DNA of 64,000 nucleotides from Pseudomonadota bacterium (GTDB lineage: Bacteria; Myxococcota; JACRCW01; JAFGSX01), in contig JBDRCO010000089.1 in the NCBI GenBank assembly GCA_043821645.1, positions 40,908-104,907 of the forward strand. Reading direction: 5' to 3'. Made by a program: the position numbers and the translations under genes. Position 1 is the first letter of the stretch, and every line of letters begins with the position of its first letter. Below are positions 10,049-19,795 of the stretch, piece after piece. The notes under the pieces are model-generated. The model was given only the letters and a program-made list of their open reading frames with translations, was not told where the DNA came from and made no database searches.

Positions 10049-11362
10049 GTGAAGCGAATCGCCGTCGTCAACCTGGGCTGCAAGGTCAATCGCTACGACG
10101 CCCTGGCCTTGCAGGCCAGGCTGGATCCAGCGCACTTCTGTCTGGTCGACGAGAGCCAGCACGCCGACCTGTACGTGGTCAACAGCTGCACCGTGACCCA
10201 CGCTGCCGGGGCGCGGTCGCTCAAGGCCGTGCGTCAGATCGCGCGTCGCCACCCGGACAGACCCATCGTCTTCACGGGCTGCCATGCCACTTTGGCTCCT
10301 GACGAGGCCCAGGCCACTGGAGCCGTTGCACGGGTGGTGGACAACGAGGGCAAGGCGGGCTTGCCCGCGCTCATCGCCGAGCTGTTGCAGGAATCCATGG
10401 CGGAGGTCCGTCCTCCTTTTCCTGTTCCGGATCTCGCACGACCCGTGGTCAAGGTGCAGGACGGCTGTGATCAGCGCTGCGCTTACTGCATCGTGCCACG
10501 GGTGCGCGGGCGATCGCGCTCCGTGTCCGTCGAGCAGGTCCTGCGCCAGGTGGAGCAACTCGTCGGACTGGGCTACCCCGAGGTGGTGTTGACCGGCATT
10601 CACCTGGGCGACTACGGCAAGGGTCTCGACGGTGATCTGGATCTGGCCGGGCTGGTGCGACGTCTGCTCGACGCCACCGAGGTGCGGCGGATCCGTCTGA
10701 GCTCGGTGGACCCGCTGGAGCTGACGCCTGCGCTGGTCGAGCTGGTGACGACGCACCCGCGGCTCTGTGCCCACCTTCACCTACCCCTGCAGTCTGGCTC
10801 CGACACTGTGCTCAGGGCCATGCGCCGTCCCTATGACCGGGCGCGCGTCCGCGAGCTGTTGCACGCCATCCTCGCTGCAAGCCCGGCTCTGGCAGTCGGA
10901 CTCGACGTCATCGTGGGCTTCCCGGGCGAGGGCGAGGTCGAGTTCGAAGAGACGCGGGCCTTGCTCGACGAGCTCGATCTGGCTTACCTGCACGTGTTCC
11001 CCTTCAGCCGTCGCCCGGGCACCGCCGCAGCGGGCCTGAAGCACAGGGTCCCCGAGAGCATCACCAAGGACCGGGCCGCCCTGCTGCGTGAGCTGTCTGA
11101 CGACAAGAGCCGGGCGTTCTACGCTCGACAGCAGGGGCGCAGCCATACGATGGTCGTCGAGTGTGCCGCAGCGGAGCCCGGATGGATGCGCGGCACCAGC
11201 GACAACTACCTGGACCTGGTGGTGGCCACGCAGGCCCCCGTGGGCAGCCTGCTCGAGGTCGAGCTGATCGACGCCGCTCGACCTGCCCGCGCCCAGCAGC
11301 GTCGCGAGCTTGCCCGACCTGCGAAACCGCTGCGCGCTGTGGACGAGGAGGAGCCTGCGTGA
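10049..11362 (+). CDS. mtaB: tRNA t6A37 methylthiotransferase (radical SAM)
   Basis: LGCKVNRYD, VVNSCTVT, KVQDGCDQRCAYC, HLPLQSGSD, LHVFPFSRRPGT. Confidence 0.9.
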   Translation: MKRIAVVNLGCKVNRYDALALQARLDPAHFCLVDESQHADLYVVNSCTVTHAAGARSLKAVRQIARRHPDRPIVFTGCHATLAPDEAQATGAVARVVDNEGKAGLPALIAELLQESMAEVRPPFPVPDLARPVVKVQDGCDQRCAYCIVPRVRGRSRSVSVEQVLRQVEQLVGLGYPEVVLTGIHLGDYGKGLDGDLDLAGLVRRLLDATEVRRIRLSSVDPLELTPALVELVTTHPRLCAHLHLPLQSGSDTVLRAMRRPYDRARVRELLHAILAASPALAVGLDVIVGFPGEGEVEFEETRALLDELDLAYLHVFPFSRRPGTAAAGLKHRVPESITKDRAALLRELSDDKSRAFYARQQGRSHTMVVECAAAEPGWMRGTSDNYLDLVVATQAPVGSLLEVELIDAARPARAQQRRELARPAKPLRAVDEEEPA

Positions 11363-11784
11363 TCACGACCCAGTACCGCGTCATCTACGGCGACACCGAC
11401 CAGATGGGTGTCGTGTACTACGGCAATTACCTGCGCATGTTCGAGTTCGGCCGCGGCGCCCATCTGCGCGCGGCTGGTGTGCCCTACTCCGAGGTCGAGG
11501 CGTCGGGTGTCCTGCTGCCCGTGGCAGAGGCGCACGTGTACTACAAGCGACCCGCGCACTACGAGGACCTGCTCGACATCGACGTGGCCCTGGTCAACAA
11601 GGGACGTGCCAGCGCGGACTACGTGTACCGGATCCGACGCGGTGACGCGGTCATCGCCACCGGTCGCACGCGCCACGGATGCATCACCCGCGATGGCAAG
11701 AAGGCGCGCTTCCCGGCCATCCTGAAGGACAGGCTGACCGTGGATGCCGAGGACGTTTTCGAGACTCCGATGGAGAACCGATGA
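11359..11784 (+). CDS. Acyl-CoA thioesterase, YbgC/FadM family
   Basis: GTG start overlapping the mtaB stop; RVIYGDTDQMGVVYYGNYLRMFE motif. Confidence 0.88.
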   Translation: MITTQYRVIYGDTDQMGVVYYGNYLRMFEFGRGAHLRAAGVPYSEVEASGVLLPVAEAHVYYKRPAHYEDLLDIDVALVNKGRASADYVYRIRRGDAVIATGRTRHGCITRDGKKARFPAILKDRLTVDAEDVFETPMENR

Positions 11785-12560
11785 ACCCGCTGTGCCTGTT
11801 CGAGCGCGTTGGTCACGTTGCGATCCTGACCCTGAATCGCCCCGAGGCGGCCAATGCCCTGTCGCGGGCCCTGGTGGCGGAGCTGGCGACGCGCCTGGCC
11901 GAGGCAGCCGCGGACAAGGAGCTGCGTGCGCTCGTCGTCACCGGCGCGGGCGACCGTGTGTTCTGTGCCGGCGCTGACCTCAAGGAAAGGCGTGAGATGG
12001 CACCCGAGGAGGTGCCACTGTTCCTGCAAAAGGGCAGGGAGCTCATGGATGGCCTGGCGGCTCTTCGATGTCCCACCATCGCCGCCTTCAACGGCGCGGC
12101 CATGGGCGGTGGCCTGGAGCTGGCCCTGTGCTGCGACCTGCGCCTGGCCGCTCGTGGCGTCAAGCTGGGCCTTACCGAGACCTCGCTGGCTATCCTCCCC
12201 GGGGCCGGTGGCACCCAGCGCCTGCCGCGTCTGGTGGGTGTAGCCAGGGCCAAGGAGCTCATCCTCACCGCGCGCCGCGTCGACGCCGACGAGGCCTGGC
12301 GCATCGGTCTGGTCAACGAGGTGGTCGAGCCCGGGACGCTGCGCGCGCGCGCCCTGGCCGTGGCGCAGGAGATCGCGTCGAACGGTCCGGTGGCCGTGGC
12401 CCAGGCCAAGAAGGCCATAGATGGTGGCATCGAGCTTTCGCTCAGCGAGGCGCTGGCCTTCGAGCAGGAGTGCTACGCGCCCACCCTGGAGACCGAGGAC
12501 CGCTGGGAGGCGCTGAACGCGTTTGTCGAGAAGCGAAAGCCGGTGTTCAAGGGCTGCTGA
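11781..12560 (+). CDS. Enoyl-CoA hydratase/isomerase (methylglutaconyl-CoA hydratase-like)
   Basis: LNRPEAANAL, FCAGADLKER, GGGLELAL, PGAGGTQRLPRLVG; ATGA overlap with the thioesterase. Confidence 0.9.
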   Translation: MNPLCLFERVGHVAILTLNRPEAANALSRALVAELATRLAEAAADKELRALVVTGAGDRVFCAGADLKERREMAPEEVPLFLQKGRELMDGLAALRCPTIAAFNGAAMGGGLELALCCDLRLAARGVKLGLTETSLAILPGAGGTQRLPRLVGVARAKELILTARRVDADEAWRIGLVNEVVEPGTLRARALAVAQEIASNGPVAVAQAKKAIDGGIELSLSEALAFEQECYAPTLETEDRWEALNAFVEKRKPVFKGC

Positions 12561-15500
12561 TCAGATTTCGTCGCACCCGATATCCATCACCGCCTGTCGC
12601 GCTACTCCGTCCACGTCGAGCAAGGTCATACCCAGGGGTACCCAGACCGGCGTGCGGTACGCCCTGTCCTTGAGCGGTGAGATCGACTGCAGGTGGGGGA
12701 GGCGAGTGGCGTCGAACAGCGGGTCTACGCTCCAGCATCGGTCATTCGAATTGATGAGGTCGGCCTGATAGGGCACGGTCTGGTTGACCACGTCTATGCT
12801 CGTCACCGTGACGCCGCGGCAGGGCGAGTTCTCACCGTTGTTCAGAAGCCCACTGCCACCAGCTGGCCACAGGTCGTTGTTGCGGCCGCCCTGGGCGATG
12901 ATCCCGGACAGCGAGCTGTAAGGCTCGGCCCTGACCTTGACGTTGCCGGAGCAGCTGATGTTCTCGAAGATGTTGAAGCCTTGACTACCCAGACCCGCGC
13001 CGATGATGTTGCCGACCACGATGCCCACCATGTTGAGCTCGACCGTCTCGTCGAGCACCCAGCCCAGCACCAGGCCATGGCTGGTGCCCGTGCCCACGCC
13101 ACCGCCGTACACGTTGTTGTTCAGGAAGCGCAGGCTGTCGCCCGCCAGTCCGTCGATCTCGACGCCGTGAGCGCGGGCCGCGGCACCACCGGTCAAGACA
13201 TTGGCGGTGATGAAGGTCATCGGATCCAGTGTTGCACTGGCCACGAAGCGCGCGCCTACACTGCGCCCGGGCGTGGTCTGGGCGATGGGACCGCCCGTGG
13301 CCTGACTGCGCGCGATGGTGCATCCATGACAGTCCTTGCTGAACCACAGACCCGCGCTCAGGGCGGGAGTGGCTGAAACTCCATTCACGCGACCGGTGCC
13401 AGCCTGTGCCGAGTTGCTCGTCCACACCAGGCCGGTGTGCGACTGGTTGCCACTGCCAGCGATGGTGGCACCTGTGCTCTCGGCGGCTGCACCACCCCGC
13501 AGGGTGCTGTTCAGCACCTGCGTGCCGTCGCTGCCATTGCCCAGAAACAGACCGTGGCTCTGCGCGGCAGCGTCGTCAGCTTGGATGTCCATGCCGTCGA
13601 CCACCAGTCCAGTAAGCACGCCGCCAAAAGCGGTGATGCGCACGCCATTGCTGCGGCTCTGAGGATTGCTCGCCAGCCCCGGACCGGCCAGGGCCTGACC
13701 GTCGACGAGCTGCGAGCCCGAGCCGTTGTAGAGCCAGGCGCCATGGCTGTTGACCGCAGCGCCGCAGGACAGGGCGCTGCCCTGCAGGTCCAGGGGCGCG
13801 TCGTCGACGCGGATCGCGGCACAGTGGCCGGGGGTTCCGCCGGCCCCGGCCGCGGCGATCATGTCCCAGCGTGAGGTGACCGGCGTGGCCTCGCTGCGCA
13901 CACCGTAGGACACGCCGTTCTGGGCCGCGCCGACGTCCAGGGTGCAGTCTGAAAGGGTGAGCCCGGCACAGGCGTTGATGTAGATGCCGCTGGCCGCGCG
14001 CGTGCTCGCCGAGCCCGAGCCAACCACATTGCCGGTGTACAGCTCGGCACCGTCGACCTGGGCAGTCGTGGCTGTGCCTCCCGAGCAGTCCAGGGACAGG
14101 GCTGTCGAGATGTCGTCGGCGGCCCCGGAGTGGAGGAGGGCAAAGGTTCCCAGAGTGCTGTTTTCGACGACCAGGGTGGTGCTGATGGCCGTGATACCGT
14201 GGGAAGTCCCGCCGGCCGCGCTGGTGTCCGCGGCGTCGACCTCGCTGCCACGGACGCGCAGGGTGCCGCCAAGAGACTGGATACCTGCGGCAAGCAGAAG
14301 GCCTGGCCCGCTCGACACCCGGCCCTCCTCGGTGACCAGGGTGGTCGCGGCTTGTTGCAGCACGCCCGTTGCCACCGTGGTGTCTGTACTGCCCGCCCGC
14401 GCGCCCCACACCGTGCTGTCGACCAGGCGTGCGGTCCCTGCGACGAGTTCGAGGCCGGTGGCGCGGGTCGCATTTCCACCTGTGGCCTGGCTGGTCTCGA
14501 CCACGACCTCGGTGGAGCTGGTGGTGTCGATGCGCAGACCGAGACCATGGCCGGCAGTCGCCGCGTCGTCGCTGCCTTCAAACAGGCAGCCTCGCAGCAA
14601 GACGCCACCGCTGTGCACGATGCCCGCCAGGCGCTCGGTATAGGTGGTACCTCCCGTCGAGCTCGCGCTGAAGGCGCAGTTCTCGACGGTGAGGTCCGGG
14701 TAGGCGACGCTGAGTCCGGTGCTCCCGGCGAAGGCAAAGGGGGTGCGGGAGAGGGGTAGGGGTCTGTCCCAGGTCCCGGCACGGTAGGCGCAGCGCAGGG
14801 ACAGGCCATTGTTCAGCAGCACTGGCTGGGTCCGGGCGTACGGGGTGGCGGTCGTGGCCACCTTGACCACCGGCTCCTCACTGCTGCCGTCGTCGATGAG
14901 GTCGCGCAGGTTGATCAGGGCATCGTCCACGCCGCGACAGGGGTGCAGGGCGTGACCGCAGTAGCCGTGGCGCGCGCCGCCACCAGCGTAGCCTGTTCCC
15001 TCGAAGCTCGAGGTGTTGGCGACGTAGGGACCGCGCTCGTCAAGGATGGTGACGACGAGCAGGTCGCTGTCCTGCAGGCTGCCTGGATCCGTGACCGTCA
15101 CCACCAGGGTGATGGCCAGGGGCGCAGGGCCGCTCGCGTACAGAGCGCGGTTCACCACCACGCTGGTGTTGAGCCCGGTGGGGTTGGCGATGCTGACGCC
15201 GCTGGGCAGGAACCCGGCCTGGGCCGTCCACAGCACGGCCAGGGCCTGGTTGTCGGGATCGCTGGCGGTCGCCGTGATGGTCACGCTCTCGCCGGGCAGC
15301 ACGCTGCGATCTCCGCCGGCGGCGACGCTCGGCGCGTGGTTGCTGAACAGATCGTATCCACCCAGGTCGGGAGGCGAGGTATCCGGCGTCGCCGTGTCCG
15401 GGGCACCGGCGTCAGGGGTGGTCGCGGCATCGCTCCCGGCGCTGACGTCCATTCCCGTCGTGGTGTCCGATCCCGCCGTACTGTCGCGGACGCTGGCCAG

Positions 15501-15866
15501 ATCTGTCGTCGCCCTGTCCGGGGCCGAGCTGTCCTGCAGCCCCAGATCCGCTGAACCCTGGTCCTGCGTGGCCACGTCGAAGGCCACCGCATCCACAGTG
15601 CTGGCGTCGTGGCTGCTCGCCAGGTCGGTGCCCGTGACATCGTGGCCGCCAAGGTCCGGCAAGGCGCTGTCCCGGGCCGTGATATCGCCGCTCGCGGCAT
15701 CGCGGTGAACCACGTCCAGGGCGCCGGCGTCTCCCGTCCCGGAGTCCACCTGCCCAGCGTCGTAGTACAGGAAGCCCTGGTCCAGACCGGCCGGCACAGC
15801 CGGACCGCACTGGCACGAGGCCATCGTCGACACGAGCAGCACCAGAGCAACGCGCAGGCGTCTCAT
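12561..15866 (-). CDS. Large secreted/lipoprotein with Asp/Thr-rich stalk, PKD/Ig-like domain and probable right-handed beta-helix
   Basis: Signal ending ASCQC, D/T/A-rich repeats, NHAPSVAAGGDRSV...DPD PKD-like domain, many G(I/V)x repeats, C-terminal DVDG...DIGCDE motif. Confidence 0.7.
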   Translation of the reverse strand: MRRLRVALVLLVSTMASCQCGPAVPAGLDQGFLYYDAGQVDSGTGDAGALDVVHRDAASGDITARDSALPDLGGHDVTGTDLASSHDASTVDAVAFDVATQDQGSADLGLQDSSAPDRATTDLASVRDSTAGSDTTTGMDVSAGSDAATTPDAGAPDTATPDTSPPDLGGYDLFSNHAPSVAAGGDRSVLPGESVTITATASDPDNQALAVLWTAQAGFLPSGVSIANPTGLNTSVVVNRALYASGPAPLAITLVVTVTDPGSLQDSDLLVVTILDERGPYVANTSSFEGTGYAGGGARHGYCGHALHPCRGVDDALINLRDLIDDGSSEEPVVKVATTATPYARTQPVLLNNGLSLRCAYRAGTWDRPLPLSRTPFAFAGSTGLSVAYPDLTVENCAFSASSTGGTTYTERLAGIVHSGGVLLRGCLFEGSDDAATAGHGLGLRIDTTSSTEVVVETSQATGGNATRATGLELVAGTARLVDSTVWGARAGSTDTTVATGVLQQAATTLVTEEGRVSSGPGLLLAAGIQSLGGTLRVRGSEVDAADTSAAGGTSHGITAISTTLVVENSTLGTFALLHSGAADDISTALSLDCSGGTATTAQVDGAELYTGNVVGSGSASTRAASGIYINACAGLTLSDCTLDVGAAQNGVSYGVRSEATPVTSRWDMIAAAGAGGTPGHCAAIRVDDAPLDLQGSALSCGAAVNSHGAWLYNGSGSQLVDGQALAGPGLASNPQSRSNGVRITAFGGVLTGLVVDGMDIQADDAAAQSHGLFLGNGSDGTQVLNSTLRGGAAAESTGATIAGSGNQSHTGLVWTSNSAQAGTGRVNGVSATPALSAGLWFSKDCHGCTIARSQATGGPIAQTTPGRSVGARFVASATLDPMTFITANVLTGGAAARAHGVEIDGLAGDSLRFLNNNVYGGGVGTGTSHGLVLGWVLDETVELNMVGIVVGNIIGAGLGSQGFNIFENISCSGNVKVRAEPYSSLSGIIAQGGRNNDLWPAGGSGLLNNGENSPCRGVTVTSIDVVNQTVPYQADLINSNDRCWSVDPLFDATRLPHLQSISPLKDRAYRTPVWVPLGMTLLDVDGVARQAVMDIGCDEI

Positions 15867-15918
15867 GTTCACGCTCCAGCCAAAGATGTGCAGAGTCTAG
15901 CCGGTCTGCAGCCGCGAT

Positions 15919-17037
15919 TCACGCCTCGCCGCGCGCCAGGTCCTCGACCTTGATCCCGTCGATGCGCTCGACCCAACCAAAGGGGTCGTCCTCGTAGCCA
16001 CGCTGCAGGCGGTTGAGGTAGGTGAACAGCTTCTGGCTCAGCTCGCCGGTCTTGTGGTTGTTGATCTGCACTTCCTGACCCTTGTAGGCCAGGGTGCCGA
16101 CGGGCGAGATGACCGCAGCCGTGCCCGTGCCAAAGCACTCCTTGAGTTCACCTGAGCGCGCAGTCTCGATGACCTCGTCGATGGAGATGGTGCGCTCGAC
16201 CACCTTCAGGCCCCAGTGCTTGCAGATCTGGATCACGCTGTCCCGGGTCACCCCGGCCAGGATGGTGCCGCCGAGAGGAGGCGTGACGACCTCGTCCTGG
16301 AAGCGGAAGAAGATGTTCATGGTGCCGACTTCCTCGACCCAGCGGTGCTCGATGGCATCGAGCCACAGCACCTGGGTGTAGCCGGCCTTGGCTGCCTTTT
16401 GCTGCGCGCACAGCGAATGGGCGTAGTTGGCTGCGGTCTTGGCCTCGCCCAGGCCTCCCTTGACCGCGCGCACATCCTCGTCGCTGACCCAGATGGCCAC
16501 GGGGTTGAAGCCCTCGGGGTAGTAGGCACCCACCGGGCCGACGATGACGTAGAAGGCATACTCGTCTCCGGGGCGCACGCCCAGAAAGGGGTCGGTGGCG
16601 ATGGCCGTGGGCCGGATGTATAGCGAGCTGGCCTCGTCCGCGGGGATCCAGGACTGCTCGAGCAGCACCAGCGACTTGACCGCGCGACCGAAGAAGGCCT
16701 CGTCGATCATCTCCATCATCAGGCGGTTGGCGGACCTGCACATGCGCTCGGCATTCTTCTGCCAGCGGAACAGGTAGATGCCCCCGTCCTTACCTCGGTA
16801 GGCCTTGAGCCCCTCGAAGATCTCCTGGCCGTAGTGCAAGCAGATGGCGGCCGCGTCGATCTGCAGCAGGCGCATGGGCTCGATGCGCGTCATGTGCCAG
16901 CCGTTCTGGCGGTCGAACTCGGTGGCGAAGAAGTGGTCGCTGAAATAGCGACCGAAGCCCAACTTGGCATCGGCAGCTGGTCTGGCGCGCATCTGGTCTG
17001 GACGAGCCCGGTGGATCACGATGCGTTGACGCGACAT
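15919..17037 (-). CDS. ilvE: Branched-chain amino acid aminotransferase
   Basis: LGFGRYFSDH, LHYGQEIFEGLKAY, YIRP, EAKTAANY, EEVGTMNIFF, ILAGVTRDS, FGTGTAAVISP. Confidence 0.95.
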   Translation of the reverse strand: MSRQRIVIHRARPDQMRARPAADAKLGFGRYFSDHFFATEFDRQNGWHMTRIEPMRLLQIDAAAICLHYGQEIFEGLKAYRGKDGGIYLFRWQKNAERMCRSANRLMMEMIDEAFFGRAVKSLVLLEQSWIPADEASSLYIRPTAIATDPFLGVRPGDEYAFYVIVGPVGAYYPEGFNPVAIWVSDEDVRAVKGGLGEAKTAANYAHSLCAQQKAAKAGYTQVLWLDAIEHRWVEEVGTMNIFFRFQDEVVTPPLGGTILAGVTRDSVIQICKHWGLKVVERTISIDEVIETARSGELKECFGTGTAAVISPVGTLAYKGQEVQINNHKTGELSQKLFTYLNRLQRGYEDDPFGWVERIDGIKVEDLARGEA

Positions 17038-17219
17038 GCGGCCTCCGTCCCCCGGTTGTCAGCGGGGTGGCCAGCCACCGCGCTGGCCGCGAGGATACAA
17101 CGCGCCACCGCAGGAGTGAACCCATGCCAATCCGCCGGGTCCGCGCGCCCGAAGTCGGCGCTTTTTTCCGCGCCCTGGCATGATCACCTGGTGCAACGGG
17201 TCGGGCTGCCGGAGGGATC

Positions 17220-17636
17220 ATGATGCGGGTCGTGCGCATACTGCTGCCATTGATTGCCCTGACCTGCGCCTGTCCGGCCAAGGTCGAGCCCGCCGGAAGG
17301 CGTCTGGAGAGGTTCTCCGAGCTTCAGATCGATGGAAAGGCGCTGGCGAGCCGCTACCAGGCTGATCTGCGAAAGGCCTACGATGCAGCGCCGGAGATCG
17401 GCTGCGAGGTCTACGACAAGCCAGACCTGGAGATCCACGAACTGTCCGGCAATACCCAGGAAACGCGGATCTCCTCCGTGTTCCTGACTGCGCGCTACAT
17501 CTATCCCGGGCTGTACCTGGATGCCTGGACAGAGCGCATGAAGGGGACGACGGCGCGTTGCTTCGCCATCGATGACGCGTTTCGGCAACTGCTTGTCGCC
17601 TACCCTGCGCATACCCGACCCGACGATCCTCTGTAG
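17220..17636 (+). CDS. Hypothetical lipoprotein
   Basis: GGAGG RBS, signal peptide with LTCAC lipobox. Confidence 0.55.
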   Translation: MMRVVRILLPLIALTCACPAKVEPAGRRLERFSELQIDGKALASRYQADLRKAYDAAPEIGCEVYDKPDLEIHELSGNTQETRISSVFLTARYIYPGLYLDAWTERMKGTTARCFAIDDAFRQLLVAYPAHTRPDDPL

Positions 17637-17681
17637 GGCAGCCATGGCTCACGACCGCTCGCGGGCGCGCAGGAGTCTCCC

Positions 17682-18041
17682 ATGGATCTCGCAGTGCTGT
17701 GGATGACGGGCCTGGTGGCCGTGCTGCACGTCGGCTTCCTGATCCTCGAGATGTTCCTGTGGGCGCGGCCGCTAGGTCGTCGTGTCTTCGGGCACTCCCG
17801 AGAGGTGGCCACCACGACCCGCGTGCTGGCTGCCAACCAGGGCCTGTACAACGGCTTCCTCGCTGCGGGACTGGTCTGGGGGCTGTGGCTGGGACCCGCG
17901 GGGGCGGACCTGAGAGTGTTCTTTCTCGGCTGTGTGCTGGTGGCTGGCCTGTTCGGTGCACTCACGGCGAGTCGGCTGATCCTGTTCGTGCAAGCTTTGC
18001 CCGCGGCCCTGGCGTTGCTGCTGAACCTGCTCGCCCGCTAG
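17682..18041 (+). CDS. DUF1304 family membrane protein
   Basis: LH..FL.LEMFLW and LAANQGLYNGFLAAGL motifs. Confidence 0.88.
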   Translation: MDLAVLWMTGLVAVLHVGFLILEMFLWARPLGRRVFGHSREVATTTRVLAANQGLYNGFLAAGLVWGLWLGPAGADLRVFFLGCVLVAGLFGALTASRLILFVQALPAALALLLNLLAR

Positions 18042-19639
18042 CGTTCGGGAGTGGGAGGCACTGCAGGCGCCGGTATGTCCAGGCTCTGGTCCCGGGCCTG
18101 GAGCAGCTCGGATCCGAGCTGTGCTGCCATGTGCTCGTCCAGGAGACCGTCGGCGGTGAGTTCGCGCAGGGCGTCGCGGGCCACCTCGAGCAGGTGTGCG
18201 TCGATCTCCTCGCGGCGTGTGGCCACCGCACCTGCCATCTCGGTCTGCGTCACGTCGGCCAGGCGTGTCTCCATTTCCTGCACCAGGGCCGCGCGCTCGT
18301 TCTCCAGCCTGGCGTGCACAGGCTGCAGGATCATATCGGGCTCACCGTGATCGTCGTCGATGATCTGCACTGCCTGCAGCTGGGCGCGCAGCACGCGCAG
18401 CCGCGCCAGCCTCAGGTCCAGCCATCGCACAGCCTCGCTGCGCGATCGCACCAGGCCCAGACGGCGGAGCACCAGACCCATGGTAGAGCCCTGCACCAGG
18501 ATGGACAGCACCACCACGCCAAAGGTCATGGTGACGATGAGCTCGCGCCCAGGCAGGTCGCGCGGCAGGCTCATGGCCAGCACCATGGACAGAGACCCGC
18601 GCAGCCCACCCCAGAACAGCACGGTGGCGCTCCGGCCGTCGAGGGACTGGCCCAGCCTGCGCAGCAGGGGGAGTGGCGCGTAGACGGCCACCGCGCGGCC
18701 AACCAGCACGGCGACGAAGGCGAGCCCGATGGCGGCCTTGTGCTCCCACATCGCACCCAGAGAGACCTCGAGCCCAAGCAGCAAGAAGACGATGCTGTTG
18801 ATGAAGAAGGCAGCGTATTCCCAGAAGGACAACACGGCCTCGCGCGAGGTCGGACTCATGCCGCGCGTCTTTCCAATGTTGCCAACCATCAGGCCCGCAA
18901 CCACGGTGGCGATGACGCCTGAGACGTGGATGCGCTCGGCGATCAGGAAGGCGCCCCAGGCCGTGACCGTGGTCAGGGCGATCTCGATCAGGTGGTCGTC
19001 GACCTGGGCCGTCGCCCAGGAGGCCAGGAGCCCGATCGCCGCGCCGATGATCGCGCCGCCGGCGAATACCAGCACGAACTGCCAGATGGCGCCGCCCGCG
19101 CTCGTCGGCTGCCCCAGGGCCATGGCCAGCACGATGCCGAACACCACCACGCCGGTACCGTCATTGAGCAGACTCTCACCCTCGACCAGCACGCCCAGCC
19201 GCCGGCTCACGCCCAGTTGCTTGAACAGGGACACCACACTGATGGGGTCCGTGGCGGCGATGAGTGCGCCGAACAGCAGGGCCAGTTGCCAGGGCAGGGC
19301 CTCGCCCTCACCGATGGCGCGCACCTCCGTGAACAGCACCAGTCCGGTGGCACTCATGGCCAGCAGCACACCCGGGATGGCCAGGGTGACCACAGCGGTC
19401 GAGACTTGCCTCAATTCGCGCGCCTGCACGTGGATGGCCGCCTCGAACAGCAGGGCCGGCAGCAGCACCGTCATCAGCAGTTCCTGGGTCAGGTGCAGCG
19501 GAGGCACCGCGCCGACCTCGTGCATGCCAATGCCGACGACCACCAGGGCGATGGTATAGGGTAGGCGCAGACGGCGGGTGGCCATGGCGACCACGGTGGC
19601 GACCAGGATCAGGGCGACCACGGCGTCGATGGTGTGCAC
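18038..19639 (-). CDS. Na+/H+ antiporter, CPA1 family
   Basis: LLPALLFEAA, ATDPISV, EGESLLNDG, GGLRG motifs; many TM helices. Confidence 0.92.
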   Translation of the reverse strand: MHTIDAVVALILVATVVAMATRRLRLPYTIALVVVGIGMHEVGAVPPLHLTQELLMTVLLPALLFEAAIHVQARELRQVSTAVVTLAIPGVLLAMSATGLVLFTEVRAIGEGEALPWQLALLFGALIAATDPISVVSLFKQLGVSRRLGVLVEGESLLNDGTGVVVFGIVLAMALGQPTSAGGAIWQFVLVFAGGAIIGAAIGLLASWATAQVDDHLIEIALTTVTAWGAFLIAERIHVSGVIATVVAGLMVGNIGKTRGMSPTSREAVLSFWEYAAFFINSIVFLLLGLEVSLGAMWEHKAAIGLAFVAVLVGRAVAVYAPLPLLRRLGQSLDGRSATVLFWGGLRGSLSMVLAMSLPRDLPGRELIVTMTFGVVVLSILVQGSTMGLVLRRLGLVRSRSEAVRWLDLRLARLRVLRAQLQAVQIIDDDHGEPDMILQPVHARLENERAALVQEMETRLADVTQTEMAGAVATRREEIDAHLLEVARDALRELTADGLLDEHMAAQLGSELLQARDQSLDIPAPAVPPTPER

Positions 19640-19795
19640 GACTCAGACCTCCAGTGCATTCTAAGTAACCCACGCAGCTGCTGCTGGCCAGGCTGCGCAC
19701 GCGCCTTGCCGGATGCCATCCCATGGGATAGCACACGGCCTTTGAACCGCATGGTGATGGGCTCCCGGCGATGCCGGCAGGCCGCGGGATGTGAC

